Assembly: GCA_017654855.1 (NCBI GenBank)
Contig: CM030332.1
Span: forward strand, 6,448,001-6,512,000
From: Podospora anserina
Taxonomy: Eukaryota
Length of the DNA stretch: 64,000 bases
Direction of reading: 5' to 3'
A program made the translations under genes and the position numbers. Under the pieces are notes generated by a model, which saw only the letters and a program-made list of their open reading frames with translations, made no database searches and was not told the origin of the DNA. Numbering within the stretch: position 1 is the first letter of the stretch; the number at the start of each line of letters is the position of its first letter. Shown piece after piece: positions 62,528 to 64,000 of the stretch.

Positions 62528-64000
62528 ATATAGCGGAAGGCATGATGGAACGTTTTGATACCCATAACGAAGATATGTTGGTTCTGTTTCGAACAGAGCT
62601 GTTCCGCACAGCGATCCCCGTGAACCTCTTGCCGTCACTCATCAGAGTGGATTGTGGTTGTTTGATTCTCGCGAAGAAACGGTTGCTACCTCGACCACAA
62701 CGAAGAGCAAAGCTGGACATGTAGTCAAGAGGTTGTCTTATGCCGGGCTATACTATGCCATCCATGGTTTTATGGCCAGAATCTCATGACAACTGGTAAT
62801 GTTTGTTTTAGTGCTGTTTATAGCACTGATGCTCCCCGCCCACAAATGGTAGGTTTGTGGTTGTAGTAGAAACGAATCGACAGGACCAGAGCTTGACATT
62901 GTTTTGCATAAGCCTCCCAATGCGCGTCCGCATCCCGGGTATCAGATCGTGCTTGACAGGCAACGCACGTGTGATCAGCACCGGAGATCTGTCAAGGCGA
63001 TGATGAGTGGTTCCGGACGACAGAGTACAGATCTGATAGAGGGGTATAGTAATAATGGTATGCTTATATTTCTGAGGTATAGAAACACTTCCCGCTTTCG
63101 ACTACCAGGTTGACGGCAGAACCACTCCGGTGGTCTACGACAGCTGCTGGGTTGCGGCGGTTGAGCTCACCGCCGAAACAACCCAGAAGCTTTCGGAAAC
63201 ACAAGTCGCGCACTAGCTGCCGGCGTGTGCGCAAGAGTTGAGGTGAAGCTTTCCAGATGAGATGACATCGAGCTCTGCAGCACAGTGGATCTTTCAAGAT
63301 GCAAATCAATACCAACTCATGCCATTTCGAACAAAGGCCATCAAAAAAGACTCCAAAACCACATCGCGATGATGCTCAGTTGTAGCTGAGGGACAAAGAA
63401 GTGGTTGGGTCAACCAACCCCTGCCAAGCCGCATCTTGATGCATGTCGGCCAATGAGATCAACGGTGCCATGTGGGAGCATCGAACGAACCCCGGGAACC
63501 CCCTGAGTCCGGCAGCGTGGAATGGCTCCAGTCGACGGCAGAGGACAAGCAGCGGTTTCCCCTCACCCATCCCGTTGGAATGTGAAAATCTTCCTTTTGT
63601 CTCCCAGGACGTAGAGGGGTTGAACAAACAAAACAAATCGGGGGGACACCTAGTGAGGACGACAGCGACACTCTTTTTCTCTGCGGCAAACTTCCGGCTT
63701 CCATTCGTTCTTTTCTTGTTACATGCAGCCGGTCGGCACCCGAAACTTCAACTGCTCAAGCGACTCCTCACCTCACATTCTTTCGACGTGTTTTTTCTGC
63801 GCTCTGTGTTTGCGTTGCCGCTCATTCTGCCCCAATCGAAACCTCACACAGTAAGGGTGCAACCCCTGATCACCACCACAAGACACAAGTCTCTGACAAG
63901 AGCACTCGCAACCCAGGACTTTGCAACCCACGGCCCTACCGTTCGTTTATACCTGGCCAAATTGTCGTCACACTCAATCGCGATCCGCAGTTACCGATAA

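Noticed and set aside
63443-64000. 185-aa ORF at the window end
   Set aside because: No motifs and a pyrimidine-rich, leader-like composition; probably the upstream region of a gene outside the window.

Overview
Intron-rich eukaryotic DNA from a filamentous ascomycete. The gene content, the GT..CTRAC..AG introns and a dispersed 5S gene point to Sordariales, possibly Podospora-like (inference). I assembled about 20 protein-coding genes by hand from splice signals, plus an intron-containing tRNA-Ile(AAT) and a dispersed 5S rRNA. Most genes are conserved housekeeping genes: a Sel1-repeat Nif1/Dsf2-like protein, UTP12, ARC35, NOC4, ATP4, a PDCD5-family gene, COQ4, a SET methyltransferase, a CCCH zinc finger, TFG2, a HAD hydrolase and LCL3. 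A bZIP regulator has a hydrophobic segment, a uORF and about 8.6 kb of gene-free upstream DNA. The notable part is an accessory block at about 38.5-54 kb, starting right after the 5S gene. It holds an 11-exon, ~2196-aa secreted GH55 beta-1,3-glucanase / S8 subtilase / Cys-rich fusion divided by Kex2-like KR sites, a divergently transcribed small secreted protein, a 702-aa intracellular unknown, a second small Cys-rich secreted protein and a flavin monooxygenase. This block may be a fungal cell-wall attack/toxin-delivery module, which is a hypothesis. All family calls come from motif recognition, not database searches.
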